54,668 bases of DNA from Nemertoderma westbladi (GCA_032718475.1 JAUCBJ010009013.1:1-54668), one strand, 5' to 3'. Counted from the stretch's first letter, positions 1 to 12,599 are shown. The notes: generated by a model from the letters alone, not told the origin. Numbers and translations: made by a program.

Positions 1-393
1 GAGTGAGTCTGTTAAAGAAGCAATTCCTAAAGAATGCGCCATATATGTGAATTATAATTAAGCCATATCGTTGTGAGTAGTTTAAGTCATAACTCTGTTT
101 ATATAGATAAAGCGCCACGTCCTAAAGGAACTGTTAATATTACCGAAGGTGAATAATATTGTCAGAGATTATATAATACTGTCAGTCGAATAATACATTA
201 AGCTTACATAGCAATAAAATTAAACCGTCGAACCCAATCTCCCGGGAATATCCAGCGGGTGAATGGTCGCGCACGGATTGGTTTCGACTAGTGTAGTGAA
301 TCAAATACTTGTCATAGACTAAAAACTGATTTAATATCTAGAAGACATCTTAATTTGGTGGGTTAAACTGCCAAAGGTCTGAAAGCGCGAACA
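1..393 (+). repeat. 3' part of an LTR (second copy at 20609-20999); cut by the window edge
   Basis: Aligns by eye with 20609-20999 at roughly 93-94% identity and ends ...GCGCGAACA. The other copy lies upstream of a BEL/Pao gag. Confidence 0.75.
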
Positions 394-996
394 ATAGGCC
401 AGCCATAGCCTATGGTAATAAATTAGTTTAATGGGTGTGAGACATTGCATTATGAAATTTTTATCCACGAATGCGAAGTTGAAGAGGTGATGGATTCGAT
501 TTCTCAATATAATTACTTTTATTTGAAGTGTTATAAGTGGGTTAGTAGTTGGAAGTTTTATAATGGGAACTGTTTTGGACGTTGAAGCTCAATAAGGGGC
601 TTGCTAGTTCGAAGTTAGATATTGAGTAATTTCTTGGACATCAAAGCCGAAAAAGAGATCAATTTATTATTGAATTTATCAATTTGATTTATTTAGTATA
701 ATAGTTGTGACATGGTAATTTTGAGCAGATTTATTACATTTTTTAAATAGATGTTTCTTTTAATAGTGTACAATAAATCAACAGTGCATACAGCACTTAA
801 GGCCAACACCGTCACCAACCAACAAAATCTAAAAAGAATTTAGTAGATTAAGAGCCAGAGTTTGTTCATTCTTGTATCCTTCGAGACATTTATGATGTCG
901 GCCGAGGAAGACCTTCAAGTAGACTAGGAGAGTGAGTGGAAGGAGTCGATGTCGAGCAATGTGACAATGTGACAGCAATAAATAAATAAAATAAAT

Positions 997-1232
997 CCGG
1001 TTATCAGTACCCGGTTACCAATTTTAGTACCCAGTTACGAATTTCAGTGCCCTGTTACTAATTCAGTACCCAGTTACTAATTTCAGTACCCGGGTTACTA
1101 ATTTCAAGACGCGGTTACTAATTTCACTATCCGGTTACTAATTTCAGTACCTGGTAAGTTACTATTTTCATTCCCAGTTACTAATTTTAGTATCCAGTTA
1201 CTAATTTTAGTACCTAGTTACTAATTTTAGTT
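997..1232. repeat. ~20-bp minisatellite (CCCAGTTACTAATTTCAGTA-like)
   Basis: About 11 degenerate tandem copies are visible. Confidence 0.9.
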
Positions 1233-2490
1233 TTTAATTTGACCCATTTGGTGAGTGGAATATCTGTGGGTGTTAGCGCTTTTAGTAAATTATGTTCTTT
1301 CACTCTCAATTTTCATATATTTTGACTCTTTTCTGTTACTTAATAAACCATGCAAAATTGAAGGCAAGATGTCTGGTCTGATACAATAAACGGGATTGCG
1401 CTAGTGTACCTATCAACAAGGGCCGCTCACTGTATCTGTTTCTTTGCCCTTTTTCCCTTCGATGCATAGATTTGCTCTATATTTCACTTAGTTCAATACG
1501 GTATTTGATTATCTATTGTATTTGACTGAGACACTATACCAGGAGGGTGTGACAACACAGTATAACAAGCAAATGACTGACTAATTAATTCTGTAAGAAC
1601 TCAAGTCTGGTGATTGTGTTTCCCTTTAGGGGAAACGTATAGAGACAAGTCTTCGGGTCTAATTATATTGATATCGCTACAGTATTCAATTTGTGACAAC
1701 TCTCAATCGTGATGCAATTAATAATGAGAGCTTTGCTTACATTAATGGTCTGAAATATCGCCATATATTAATTATTTAGTAAGTCAGAGATATAACAGCA
1801 CACAAATCTGATACAATTGTCCATATTATCACTGATACTTAGTTACAGCAACCCACCTGTTGTGGCGCGTGTAAAACCTCCTTGATTACATAATATCAGC
1901 GATATATTAAGCAAATAATAAAGATAAATTGAATAAACCAGTAGAATATACAATGTAGCAATGAATAATTATAATTCAATTATTAACTCTTTAATTTTAG
2001 ACCTTAGGCCTGTAATAACCACCAGTCAGTTAAACCTGACCGGGGAATAAAGCCTCTGCATGGGCAGTGCGACTTCTTCTGTCAAACAATACCAAAAAGA
2101 GAGAATAAAATCAATCATAGCACAACCGCACTTATATACTAGCTTTATCAGGAAGGAGCATAGCCAATAAGCGTCACGTATTCCATTTGAGGCTTAGTAG
2201 GCCATACAACAGAAATTAGATCGAATATAGGTGTAATAGCACAAGATGGCGTAAGAACCTTAACTAAAGAATAATTTGTAAGAAACAAATCAATATGATA
2301 CCGTAACTGGTCCTTTATCACTAAATATACAGTATTTTGGGTAAATTGGTAAAATAAGTAATTTTAAAGGCAGGATTTATACCTGCAGCAACACCGCTTC
2401 CATTCATTTAGCTACCAGGGTGTTAAAGTCAATACAGAAGTTCAAATTTGTACATAAAAATAACCTAATAATTAAATAATTCAGTTATCT

Positions 2491-2677
2491 ATCTCAATTT
2501 CTATATCAATCTCTATTTACTTTGATCTACGAATTGTTCTACGAATTTTATCAACTCAACTGCAATATTTGCATTCTTCTATAAATATTATTTTTTCGAT
2601 ATACTCAATTTCTACATCAATCTGTATTATCTTTGATCTACGAATTGTTCTATTAACTTTATAACCTCAACTGCAAT
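2491..2677. repeat. Imperfect direct duplication (~112-bp period) upstream of the zinc-finger ORF
   Basis: CTCAATTTCTA..ATCAATCT...CTTTGATCTACGAATTGTTCTA...CTCAACTGCAAT occurs twice. Confidence 0.75.
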
Positions 2678-3735
2678 TTGATTTATTATTTCTTTTTTCA
2701 CTCTCCACTCTTTCTTATCTAATATGTCTTATTCTGATTCTGATGATTCTGCCCCAACTGGCACTGGACCCTCCAAAGTAATTCCTTCGAAACCAATCCG
2801 CTATATAATCGACTGCACTATCTGCGATCCCCCTAGGCTACAGAAGTACCTCTCTACACATCTTCAGAAAGTTCATAATTTAAGTAAGGAAGAATCCAAA
2901 CTACGAATGCAAGAATTTAAAGAAGCATGGTCCCAATCTAAATCTACAAAGGTCATCAATAATCTAGAAGATTATATTTATACAGTAGTTAGGCAAATTA
3001 TGGTTTCAAACAATGTTGGGGAGGGGGCTGAGTATTGTCTGATTGGGATATTTTATGGCTAGGTAAAAAAGTTGAGAAGATTGAGAAGAGGTGGTAGGGA
3101 AGTGTGTCACAACTGGCTATGACTGGGGTGCGCAATCAGTTAAGGGCAAGCTTGCTATACATGATTTTGACCTAAGGTTTGATCCGACCCATGTACAGGT
3201 TCTCCAGAAATGGAAGGACTCCATGGCGGCAGATCAACGTAACAGTCAAAAATATGTCAAGCAAAACCTTAACACGGTTGCTACTATTGCATTCCAGTTT
3301 CAGAGGTGGTTGGGCACTACTGATCAGGGTTTTGTAGAACTGTCAGTCTGTGACCTTGGGCAGTTGAAGTTGGTGATGAGAGCATGAGATATGTGGCATA
3401 AAGGGTGAAAGTTTAGATGGCCACCTGAAGTGCCTACTGAGGTTCTTTCAGTTCAGATCTGGATCAACTGGTGCAGATGAAATATCATCTCACCTACGAT
3501 CCAAGATCTCCTTGGTCAGAGAGGCTATCAAGAGCTTCCACAAAAATATCACCCTTTGGTCATCCCTAGAGAGACAGAAGGCGCTAAACTCAATGATTGA
3601 GTTTCATGATAAGACTCCAGCAGATGCCCTGTTTCTTGTGAAGGATGAGAAAATCCTTCATTCTGTGATTGAGGCCCAGAGGATCACATAGGGTGGATTG
3701 ATTGCATATTATATTCGTTCTATGTTCGGTACCTC

Positions 3736-4230
3736 ATGGCCATTATCATAGTTGGGGAGCACCAACGCCCTAGTGTTGCTGGAAAGATGAAGATGGTGGA
3801 ATTCCGTCGGGCATATAAGCCGCCCTTTGTGTCAGAATCAAGGCAGCACTTGATTTTGGTTGCTGACCATAAGACAAAAGCAACAAATAATGCTGCAGTT
3901 GTCCTCCCGCTACAGGATGATTCAACATTATTGCGATGTGATTAGACCGCGCATGCTAAAGCAAGCGGGTGTCTCACATAGCAACTATGTGTTCATCAAT
4001 GGTAGAGGGAGGTTTTATGGGGTCTCTCCCTCTCAGGAGATTGAGCGGATTCATGAAAGCCTCCATCTCGAGTTTAAGCCTTGTGCTACTCAGATCTGGA
4101 AGATAGTTGAGACTGCTGCCTCTAAGCTATCTTGCCAAGAAACTCGAGATAAGCTGGCATCTTATCTGTCACTATGTGGTTACGAGAGATCATAATTACA
4201 TATTCGACACAACTAAGAGCTTTGATGGTC
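3736..4230 (+). pseudogene. Tyrosine recombinase catalytic domain (frameshifted)
   Basis: The R (QRP), K (HKT), T.xRK box (R changed to W) and H...Y elements are split over ORFs 3736-3945, 3860-4195 and 4107-4418. Confidence 0.75.
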
Positions 4231-4666
4231 ATGAATCTATTAAATTGCTGGCACAAGGCAACCAGCCAGAGCTCATTTCAGAGATCTTTGATGGCTACCA
4301 GAATTTCCACCATATTATGGATGGGGTAACTCTTTTACTTGTGGAAGAGGAAGCTGTATATACCAAAGTAGGAACTTCTGGAACTACAAGTCCAAAGACT
4401 GCATCTTCTTCCAAATGACAGTGGACCAGTCCATTGAAAGGAAAGGATGCAGTAATTCAGCTTAAAGAGGCCAAAGAGCAACTTCTGGCCATATACTCTC
4501 CAACACACAGTGTAAAGATTACCCCAGATGATGGAATGCTGCGGGATGCCCTTCTGCACTCTGGTTTAGAGTGCAGTCGCTCTCTCATAAAAATCTAAGA
4601 ACATACTGGGGGCATCGGCAGACCATCGAAAGGCAACACTATATATACAAAGTGTATAAAAGAGGT

Positions 4667-5073
4667 CAGCACTCATTAGGACACCTCAAAGTCGAGACAC
4701 ATCCCTCTGAAGTTTTTGGTCAGTGTCTTATAACTACCAAATCCTTCATATGTAGTGATGTGATCTGCGACTACAATGGGGAACTAATCCCAACAACCAA
4801 GTCTGTATATACAGAGAAACAAAAAAAAATGAGGAATTAGACAATTGCTACAATTTCTTCTTCCAACACCAGCACTCATTAGGACACCTCAAAGTCGAGA
4901 CACATCCCTCTGAAGTTTTTGGTCAATGTCTTATAACTACCAAATCCTTCATATGTGGTGATGTGATCTGCGACTACAATGGGGAACTAATCCCGACAAC
5001 CAAGTCTGTATATACAGAGAAACAAAAAAAAAATGAGGAATTAGACAATTGCTACAATTTCTTCTTCCAACAC
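4667..5073 (+). repeat. Tandem duplication of ~203 bp inside the SET coding region
   Basis: 4667-4869 and 4870-5073 are near identical. The A-run is 9 versus 10 nt, which frameshifts the first copy. Confidence 0.95.
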
Positions 5074-5295
5074 AGATCACAATATTATTATATTAACCCC
5101 CAAGATGTATCTTCCTTTGGCAAGTTCATTATGCATTCCAAGGATGGCAATGTACGGCCAAAGCAAGAAATACATCTTGGAAAGGTTTGTATTATATTTT
5201 ATGCGATCAAGAACATAAAGGTTGGAGAAATTCTGGCATATGATTATAATGATAGGAGATCTTGCTCCACAGTTGCAGATTTCTGCAATGCTTGA
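4963..5295 (+). pseudogene. SET-domain lysine methyltransferase, PR-Set7/SETD8-like
   Basis: GDVICDYNGELI, Y.FFF, FGKFIMHS (canonical GRLINHS), N..PK, and IFYAIKNIKVGEILAYDY. Confidence 0.85.
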
Positions 5296-5305
5296 TTTGC
5301 AACTA

Positions 5306-5820
5306 TGTAACGTTACAGCTGTTGTTCCTGGGCTCCACGTCAGTTGGCCCCCTGGCTGATGAGTCTCTACTCAGGCATCTTGCGTGAATGCCAGAATACA
5401 GAAATGAAATATAATTACATAATTCAGAAGTTTATTTAGTTTTGATGTATATGGCCTAGTATGCTACAGAACAGATAAGCGAACTCTGAATGACTGCATG
5501 AAGACTGATAATAATATTGTAATTCTGAAGACTGAAACTATGAAAAACGACACTGAACTAATACCTTGGGCTTATATACTACTACTACTACTAGGTCGAG
5601 CGAACTCGGCTTATATAGTAATCGAATAATGTCGTCATTGCTGGAAGTGATGACACCAAATTTTCCTAGCAACAAAATATAAACGATAAACTATTGGTCC
5701 AGCAAATATATTGTATACAGCAGCAGTAAATTTAAATTTCAGTAAATGTATTCAACAGAATAAATGCAAATGAATTAATTTACGTTTAGGGCAAATATAA
5801 AATTGTTACGACTTGCCACA
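5306..5820 (-). mobile_element. Possible solo LTR
   Basis: TGT...ACA on + and TGT...ACA-type ends on - (TGTGGCAAG...CGTTACA), with AATAAA on the - strand near its 3' end. No clear TSD. Confidence 0.4.
5579..5607 (-). mobile_element. Extremely 5'-truncated RTE-like LINE tail with TSD
   Basis: GAGTTCGCTCGACC(TAG)n on -, flanked by GGCTTATATA at 5569-5578 and 5608-5617. The same sequence occurs at 13591-13617. Confidence 0.75.
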
Positions 5821-6369
5821 AATTGATATAAAATATAATAATCCTAATCAAGTGGCTCATCCAGAGTGGCTAAGATAAAGGAGTCTTTCTGGGGGATCAC
5901 CATTCTCCTACTTACTGTAGATCACTATGGTTTGTATCCACAAAGTACCTTTTCCTTATATTCTCTATTGTTTGAATTCGCTCAGATTATTCTTCACGTA
6001 GATCAATGTATGAAACAGAAGGAAAATCTGTAGATAAATGACCATTGGAGAACAATATATCATCAATTGCTGCAATGGTATTTTTGAGATATTTCTAAAA
6101 TTGTCTGGCGCCAAAAGAATAAGTTTGCAGTTGTTCTTCTACATAGTGCCTACTAATGAGGTTGGCTTCTTCCCTTGTTGAAATCAGCAACCATCCCAGC
6201 ATTCTGGAATGCTATAGGGAAGGAAGCAACTTCCATAACATCCCACTCAGTTACAAACCTCCCGAGCGTTAAAACCAAATGATAAAGAAACTTTGTCCGA
6301 TGATGGGGAGCGACGGATGATTTTACGGCAATTTCCTCCTTACAATTTGGGGCCCCCCCCCCCCCCCCA

Positions 6370-6482
6370 ATATGTTAGGATATGTTTCAAAAATTCGTAT
6401 TTTTGGTCAGAAAATGCGCTACCCCCCCGGTAGCGCATTTTCTGACCAAAAATACGAATTTTTGAAACATATCCTAACATAT
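6370..6482. repeat. Perfect 54-bp inverted repeat with a CCCCC loop
   Basis: 6370-6423 is the exact reverse complement of 6429-6482. Confidence 0.95.
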
Positions 6483-6657
6483 CCTATCTAATGCAGAATT
6501 TCATGCTGAATCCAAATATAGAAACCGTTTTCCCATATCTTGCTTAGTTTTCGAGATAGCTGGGATAGAAGATACTGGCTCCGATATATCGCGATATCAG
6601 TAAAGGCGATGAAGTTTGGGGTTTGCATTCAATTTCTGCAAATTTATGTGCCCAGTG
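6429..6657. mobile_element. Probable Chapaev-type transposon end
   Basis: Ends ...ATGTGCCCAGTG (reverse complement CACTGGGCAC) and shares GCTGAATCCAAA with the terminus starting at 6942. Confidence 0.4.
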
Positions 6658-6941
6658 GTGCCAATTGGATATCTCCACGAGAAAGAGCACAACAAAATTT
6701 TAATTGAGAAGGTATTTTTTTATGATTATTGGACCTACTTGTCAGTTTATAAGACCACTTCAAGTCTCCGGAATGAAGATGGGACTCGAATAAGCGACTC
6801 TGCGGTCTTTGCGGGATTACACGGGATTACACTTTCGGGACATCTAGTTTGGGCGCGGAGAAGTCGATGTCGCCCAGGTACCGGTACTGCTCGATCTCGC
6901 TCTTCGTAGGTCACCTGGCGTTAATGTTGATCGATTCTATT

Positions 6942-7872
6942 CACTGGGGAACACAATTTTTGTTGAGTTAGATCTGACAGTTGTTTTTAACTAATTTTGG
7001 GCTGCTGAATCCAAAAATGATATCAGTTTTTCTCTACCACTTTTTGAACTATAGGATCATTCGCTTTATTTTAAATATCAGAAAAACTCTGCGGTTAAAA
7101 GATACATAAAATATAATGTTTTTGACTATTGCATAGATAGAGATCAAAGACATTGCATTACAACGTTTAGAAATTAGGTAATAGCCACATTAAGGTTATT
7201 ATAGGGATATATGGCTACTGAAAGTATGTTTTAAGGTAAAAATTTACGCTTATAGCTTTTCCTTGAGTGTTCAATCCTTGGACAATCGCGCTTGATGCTC
7301 CAGCAATAGTCCGCCATCATATGTACATCCCACCTACCCTGATAACGCTCTTCCATGACCTTCAAATCTTGGTGAAATCGTTCACCCTGCTCATCACTGA
7401 CAGCACCAAGATTTTCCGGGAAGCTATCAAGGTGACTATGAAGAAAGTTCAGTTTTATGCTCATGTTGCAACCGAGTGCTTTGTAGCTATCCAATAGTTT
7501 CTGGACAATTTTAGCGTAATTCTTTGCTCTTGTATTTCAAAGAAAGTTCTTTATGACATCTTTGAATGATAACCAAGCTTTTTCCTCCAGTTGCGACATG
7601 GTCCCGATGAAATGTTCATCCCTGGTGAGCTGCCGAATCTGTGAACCGTCAAAGACACCGACCAGCCTTGATCTTTTCAATGGACAGCCCAGGAAATACC
7701 AAGGTGAGATACTTGAAACAGTCGCCTTCAGTTGGTAGTGCTTTGACGAATTGCTTTATGAGACCCAGTTTTATGTGCAGAGGTGGGAATATTATTTTAC
7801 TCCTGTCAACAAGTGGGTCATATAGAATATTGGGATCTCCAGATTTGAGGTCAGATCTTGGAGGCCAATAGG
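6942..7872 (-). mobile_element. Chapaev3-type (CMC) DNA transposon, 3' half
   Basis: Transposase motifs PPLHIKLGL.KQFVKAL, KIKAG.FDG.QIR and MS.K..FLHSHLD.FPENLGAVSDEQGERFHQD...ME.RYQG.W. Terminus CACTGGGGAACA at 6942. Confidence 0.85.
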
Positions 7873-8047
7873 AAATACTGGAAATATCGAGCGACTCGTC
7901 CGTTAATTTAGGATCTTCGGGTTCAGAACAAAGGTTTGCTGTTTCAGCTCGAAGAAGCAGTTCTCCTCGCGATCCAGAGGTGGAAAGATTCCGATTGCTC
8001 AACAAAAGTTTTAGTCGCTTGGTGTTCATCTTTTTAAGTTTATCCAT
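7873..8047 (-). pseudogene. SAP-motif N-terminal fragment in frame with the Chapaev remnant
   Basis: MNTKRLKLLLSNRNLSTSGSRGELLLRA fits the SAP consensus. Confidence 0.6.
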
Positions 8048-8395
8048 TTTATTGAATCCCAAACCCGGTACGACGAGTCTTGTGTACGACGATATGGTAA
8101 GTAAAATGACAGTACAGTACCGGTAGACCGTTATTAAAACTGCAGCTACCGTATAGCACCAATGTGCCGGTGCTGCAGGGTACAGTACCACTAAAATCAA
8201 TGAAGGTAGTTAAAATAAATAAAAGGTAAAACTACAAAATGCTACGACCGGTTCCTGGACCGCGAACGGGTACAGGCTCGTACGGTAAAATGAGTCAGTC
8301 TGACTGCGTCGGTTTCAGCATTTGTCAATGCAGATACAAATCAAGATACCAATCAACGTAAGGTTTCAGTCAATTAGAGTTAATTAGAGTTAAAG

Positions 8396-10883
8396 AATAA
8401 CCGCGGACCTCCATATCAACTCTCTAATAACCGCGGACCCCCATATCAACTATCTAATAACCGCGGATACCCACCCATATCAACTCTCTAATAACCGCGT
8501 ACCCCCATATCAACTCTCTAATAACCGCGGACCCCATATCAACTCTCTAATAACCGCGGACCCCCACCCCATATCAACTCTAATAACCGCAGACCCCCAC
8601 CCATATCAACTCTCTAATAACCGCGGACCCCCACCCATATCAACTCTCTAATAACCGCGGAACCCATATCAACTCTCTAAAAACCGCGGACCCCCATATC
8701 AACTCTCTAATAAACGCGGACCCCCACCCATATCAACTCTCTAATAACCGCGGACACCCACCGTCATGCCCCACCCCATATCAACTCTCTAATAACCGTG
8801 GACCCCTATATCAACTCTCTAATAACCGCGGACCCCCATATCAACTCTCTAATAACCGCGGACCCCCACCCCATATCAATTCTCTAATAACCGCGGACCC
8901 CCATATCAACTCTCTAATAACCGCGGAACCCCACCCATATCAACTCTCTAATAATCGCAGACCCCCATATCAACTCTCTAATAACCGCGGACCCCCACCA
9001 CATATCAACTCTCTAATAACCGCGGACCCCCACCCATATCAACTCTCTAATAACCGTGGACCCCCATATCAACTATCTAATAACCGCGGACCCCCACCCA
9101 TATCAACTCTCTAATAACCGCGGACCCCCACCCATATCAACTCTCTAATAACCGCGGACCCCAACCCATATCAACTCTCTAATAACCGCGGACCCCAACC
9201 CATATCAACTCTCTAATAACCGCGGACCCCACCCATATCAACTCTCTAATAACCGCGGACCCCCATATCAACTCTCTAATATGCACGGACCCCCACCCAT
9301 ATCAACTCTCTAATAACCGCGGACCCCCACCCATATCAATTCTCTAATAACCGCGGACCCCCATATCAACTCTCTAATAACCGCTGACCCCAACCCATAT
9401 CTACTCTCTAATAACCGCGGACCCCCACCCATATCAACTCTCTAATAACCGCGGACCCCCATAACAACTCTCTAATAACCGCGGATCCCCATATCAACTC
9501 TCTAATAACCGCGGACACCCACCCATATCAACTCTCTAATAACCGCGGACCCCCATATCAACTCTCTAATAACCGCGGACACCCACCCATATCAACTCTC
9601 TAATAACCGCGGACCCCCACCCATATCAACTCTAATAACCGCGGACCCCCACCCATATCAACTCTCTAATAACCGCGGACCCCCATATCAACTCTCTAAT
9701 AACCGCGGACCCCAACCCATATCAACTCTCTAATAACCGCGGACCCCCACCCATATCAACTCTCTAATAACCGTGGACCCCCATATCAACTCTCTAATAA
9801 CCGCGGATCCCAACCCATATCAAATCTCTAAAAACCGCGGACCCCCACCCATATCAACTATATAATAACCGCGGACCCCCACCCATATCAACTCTCTAAT
9901 AACCGCGGACCCCCACCCATATCAACTCTCTAATAACCGCGGACCCCCATATCAACTCTCTAATAACCGCGGATCCCAACCCATATCAACTCTCTAATAA
10001 CCGCGGACCCCCACCCATATCAACCATCTAATACCCGCGGACCCCCATATCAACTCTCTAATAACCGCGGACCCCCATATCAACTCTCTAATAACCGCGG
10101 ATCCCCATATCAACTCTCTAACTAACCGCGGACCCCCACCCATATCAACTCTCTAATAACCGTGGACCCCCATATCAATCTCTAATAACCGCGGACCCCC
10201 ATATCATCTCTCTAATAACCGCGGACCCCCATATCAACTCTCTAATAACCGCGGACCCCGCCCATATCAAATCTCTAAAAACCGCGGACCCCCACCCATA
10301 TCAACTCTCTAATAACCGCGGACCCCCACCCATATCAACTCTCTAATAACCGCGGACCCCCATATCAACTATCTATTAACCGCGGACCCCAACCCATATC
10401 AACTCTCTAATAACCGCGGACCCCCACCCATATCAACTCTCTAATAACCGCGGACCTCCATATCAACTCTAATAACCGCGGACCCCAATATCAAATATCT
10501 AATAACCGCGGACCCCCACCCATATCAACTCTCTAATAACCGCGGACCCCCATATCAACTCTCTAATAACCGCGGATCCCAACCCATATCAAATCTCTAA
10601 TAACCGCGGACCCCCATATCAACTCTCTAATAACCGCGGATCCCCATATCAACTCTCTAACTAACAGCGGACCCCCACCCATATCAACTCTCTAATAACC
10701 GTGGACCCCCATATCAATCTCTAATAACCGCGGACCCCCATATCATCTCTCTAATAACCGCGGACCCCCATATCAACTCTCTAATAACCGCGGACCCCCG
10801 CCCATATCAAATCTCTAAAAACCGCGGACCCCCATATCAACTCTCTAATAAACGCGGACCCCCACCCATATCAACTCTCTAAT
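8396..10883. repeat. Minisatellite array, ~31/35-bp units AATAACCGCGGACCCC(CACC)CATATCAACTCTCT
   Basis: About 75 head-to-tail units (estimated from length), two length variants, no unique spacers. Confidence 0.98.
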
Positions 10884-12599
10884 ACTCAGTCACTCAGTCA
10901 GCCGGTAGTCTGGTAGTGCAAGTACAGAAATACACTTAATCAGAATAAAATAATACAACATAAACAACAATTAATATATAAGTTATATATATGAACTTTA
11001 GACAGTTAGATTTATTTATAGATATATTTATTATTAGATTTAAAGATATTTACACGTCTTTACCTAAGATTTCTGATTTATAGGCTAATTAAAATATAAC
11101 GCAAATAGTCTTCCGACCATGCTTGTTGTTAGCAACATCGGCTCTTAAAGTAAGTACCGGTATGGTGGTAAGTATTTAAGAGATGCTGTACTGGCTGACT
11201 GGTACTAAGTACTATCTAACTACTCTACCCTACACAGCCTACATGTTCTAAGGCTTAGACAACATCTACCGGTACCGGTACGCATGGTAAAACAGTATGG
11301 TGAAGTCAAAATGTAATCTAGGACAATTCGTAAAGGGGTAAGGGCGAAAATTAAAATCGATAGGGGGATCTAAATTTATAAAATCGCCGCATCTCGCCGC
11401 AAATTATCTGATACATTGCTGCAAGTGGCGCAAGTCAATATTAAACATTTATTTTTATATTTACAGGGAAGCCTATACTAAGCCTAGTTATGGCATTGGA
11501 CATTATTATAAGAAGAAATAAAAAAATATGGTAAGGTTTTTAGTTATATTATTTTACTGTATTATTATAGTTATACTGTAGATACATTAAGAGTATTTGA
11601 GTAACAATGTAAACCAATCTTGATGTATGTGATGGGATCAGAGATCCCGACCGGGTAGGTTGTTCGTACGCGTCACCGCAGGCTGGGATGGTGTCACTGA
11701 TAGCTTGGGCGAGGCATTGGAGAAAAGCGTTCAGAGTTAATGTTGTTCCTTGGTGTTGTAATATAATAATAATAGCACAGTCGTCGGATGGCAATATTGC
11801 TTGATACCGGTAATAGATTGATATACAGCCGATGTTGATGATGGTAAAACAATATTACCAGTCTGCACTGAAACTGGGTAACTAACTAAACTGAATCACA
11901 AACCGGTAGCAGAAGATAATATATGATTGATATACCAATATTACTTCACTCCTACGCTACCTTGGCCTGTTACCTAATGGATGTTCTCCTTTGCCCTTAT
12001 TGGCTAATACCCTACTTGTCGCCCTTTCACTCTCTGGGAGTGTTTCCCCTCTGCTGCTAGCCTCTACTAGCTGTGTCCCCTCCGAGGTGGTTTGACCTCT
12101 AACCTTCCTTTGTGTGTGGCTTCAGGGCTAGTGTTCACACATAACATTCCGTTGATACTGTTATTTCTGTATCACCTCTGTAACTGATATACTTCAGTAT
12201 AATTTATATTTCTGGTTAGAAAACACACCACACTGTGGACACTAGTAGAGCCAGATTCTGGTGGTGGAGCCAATGGTGGCGGTGTCACCACGTTTGTTGA
12301 TGGCAGCTGAACCGGTTCAGATTGAGGCTGTCGGGTGGAGTAATATATTTGTGAGGGGTGTAGATTACTAATTTCGGTACGTTCATTTGGTAGGTGTACA
12401 GCCATTTGACCAGGTGTCGGCGAAATACGAATTTGAGAGTGGCGTTGCGGGAAGGATGGCAAAGCAAGACTATATAAATGTTATAATACAGTTGATATTT
12501 TGTAGTATTTAGTGATAGGGTTTGGTTTGGTTAGATTAGTTTGTGTAGGGTTACGCTAGGATAATGTTAGGTTTGTCTCGGGCTTGGTTAGCAAGCAAA

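Larger units (their letters stand above)
2724..5295 (+). pseudogene. Disrupted C2H2 zinc finger - tyrosine recombinase - SET domain gene
   Basis: Collinear + strand ORF fragments carry CTIC..YLSTHLQKVH (C2H2), then YR motifs QRPSV..M..EF, V.DHKT, Y...IRP, VFIN..G, ATQI(W)KIVET, CH....DHNY, then a SET domain. Frameshifts and stops throughout. Confidence 0.75.

Noticed and set aside
1990-2300. LINE endonuclease fragment (IDLFLTN on the - strand)
   Set aside because: A single short motif is too weak to call.
5350-5410. Hammerhead ribozyme (CTGATGAG...GAAA)
   Set aside because: No stem II closed directly by GAAA, and I could not build stems I and III.
8396-10883. CRISPR array
   Set aside because: Units are head-to-tail with no unique spacers, there are no cas genes, and the context is eukaryotic.
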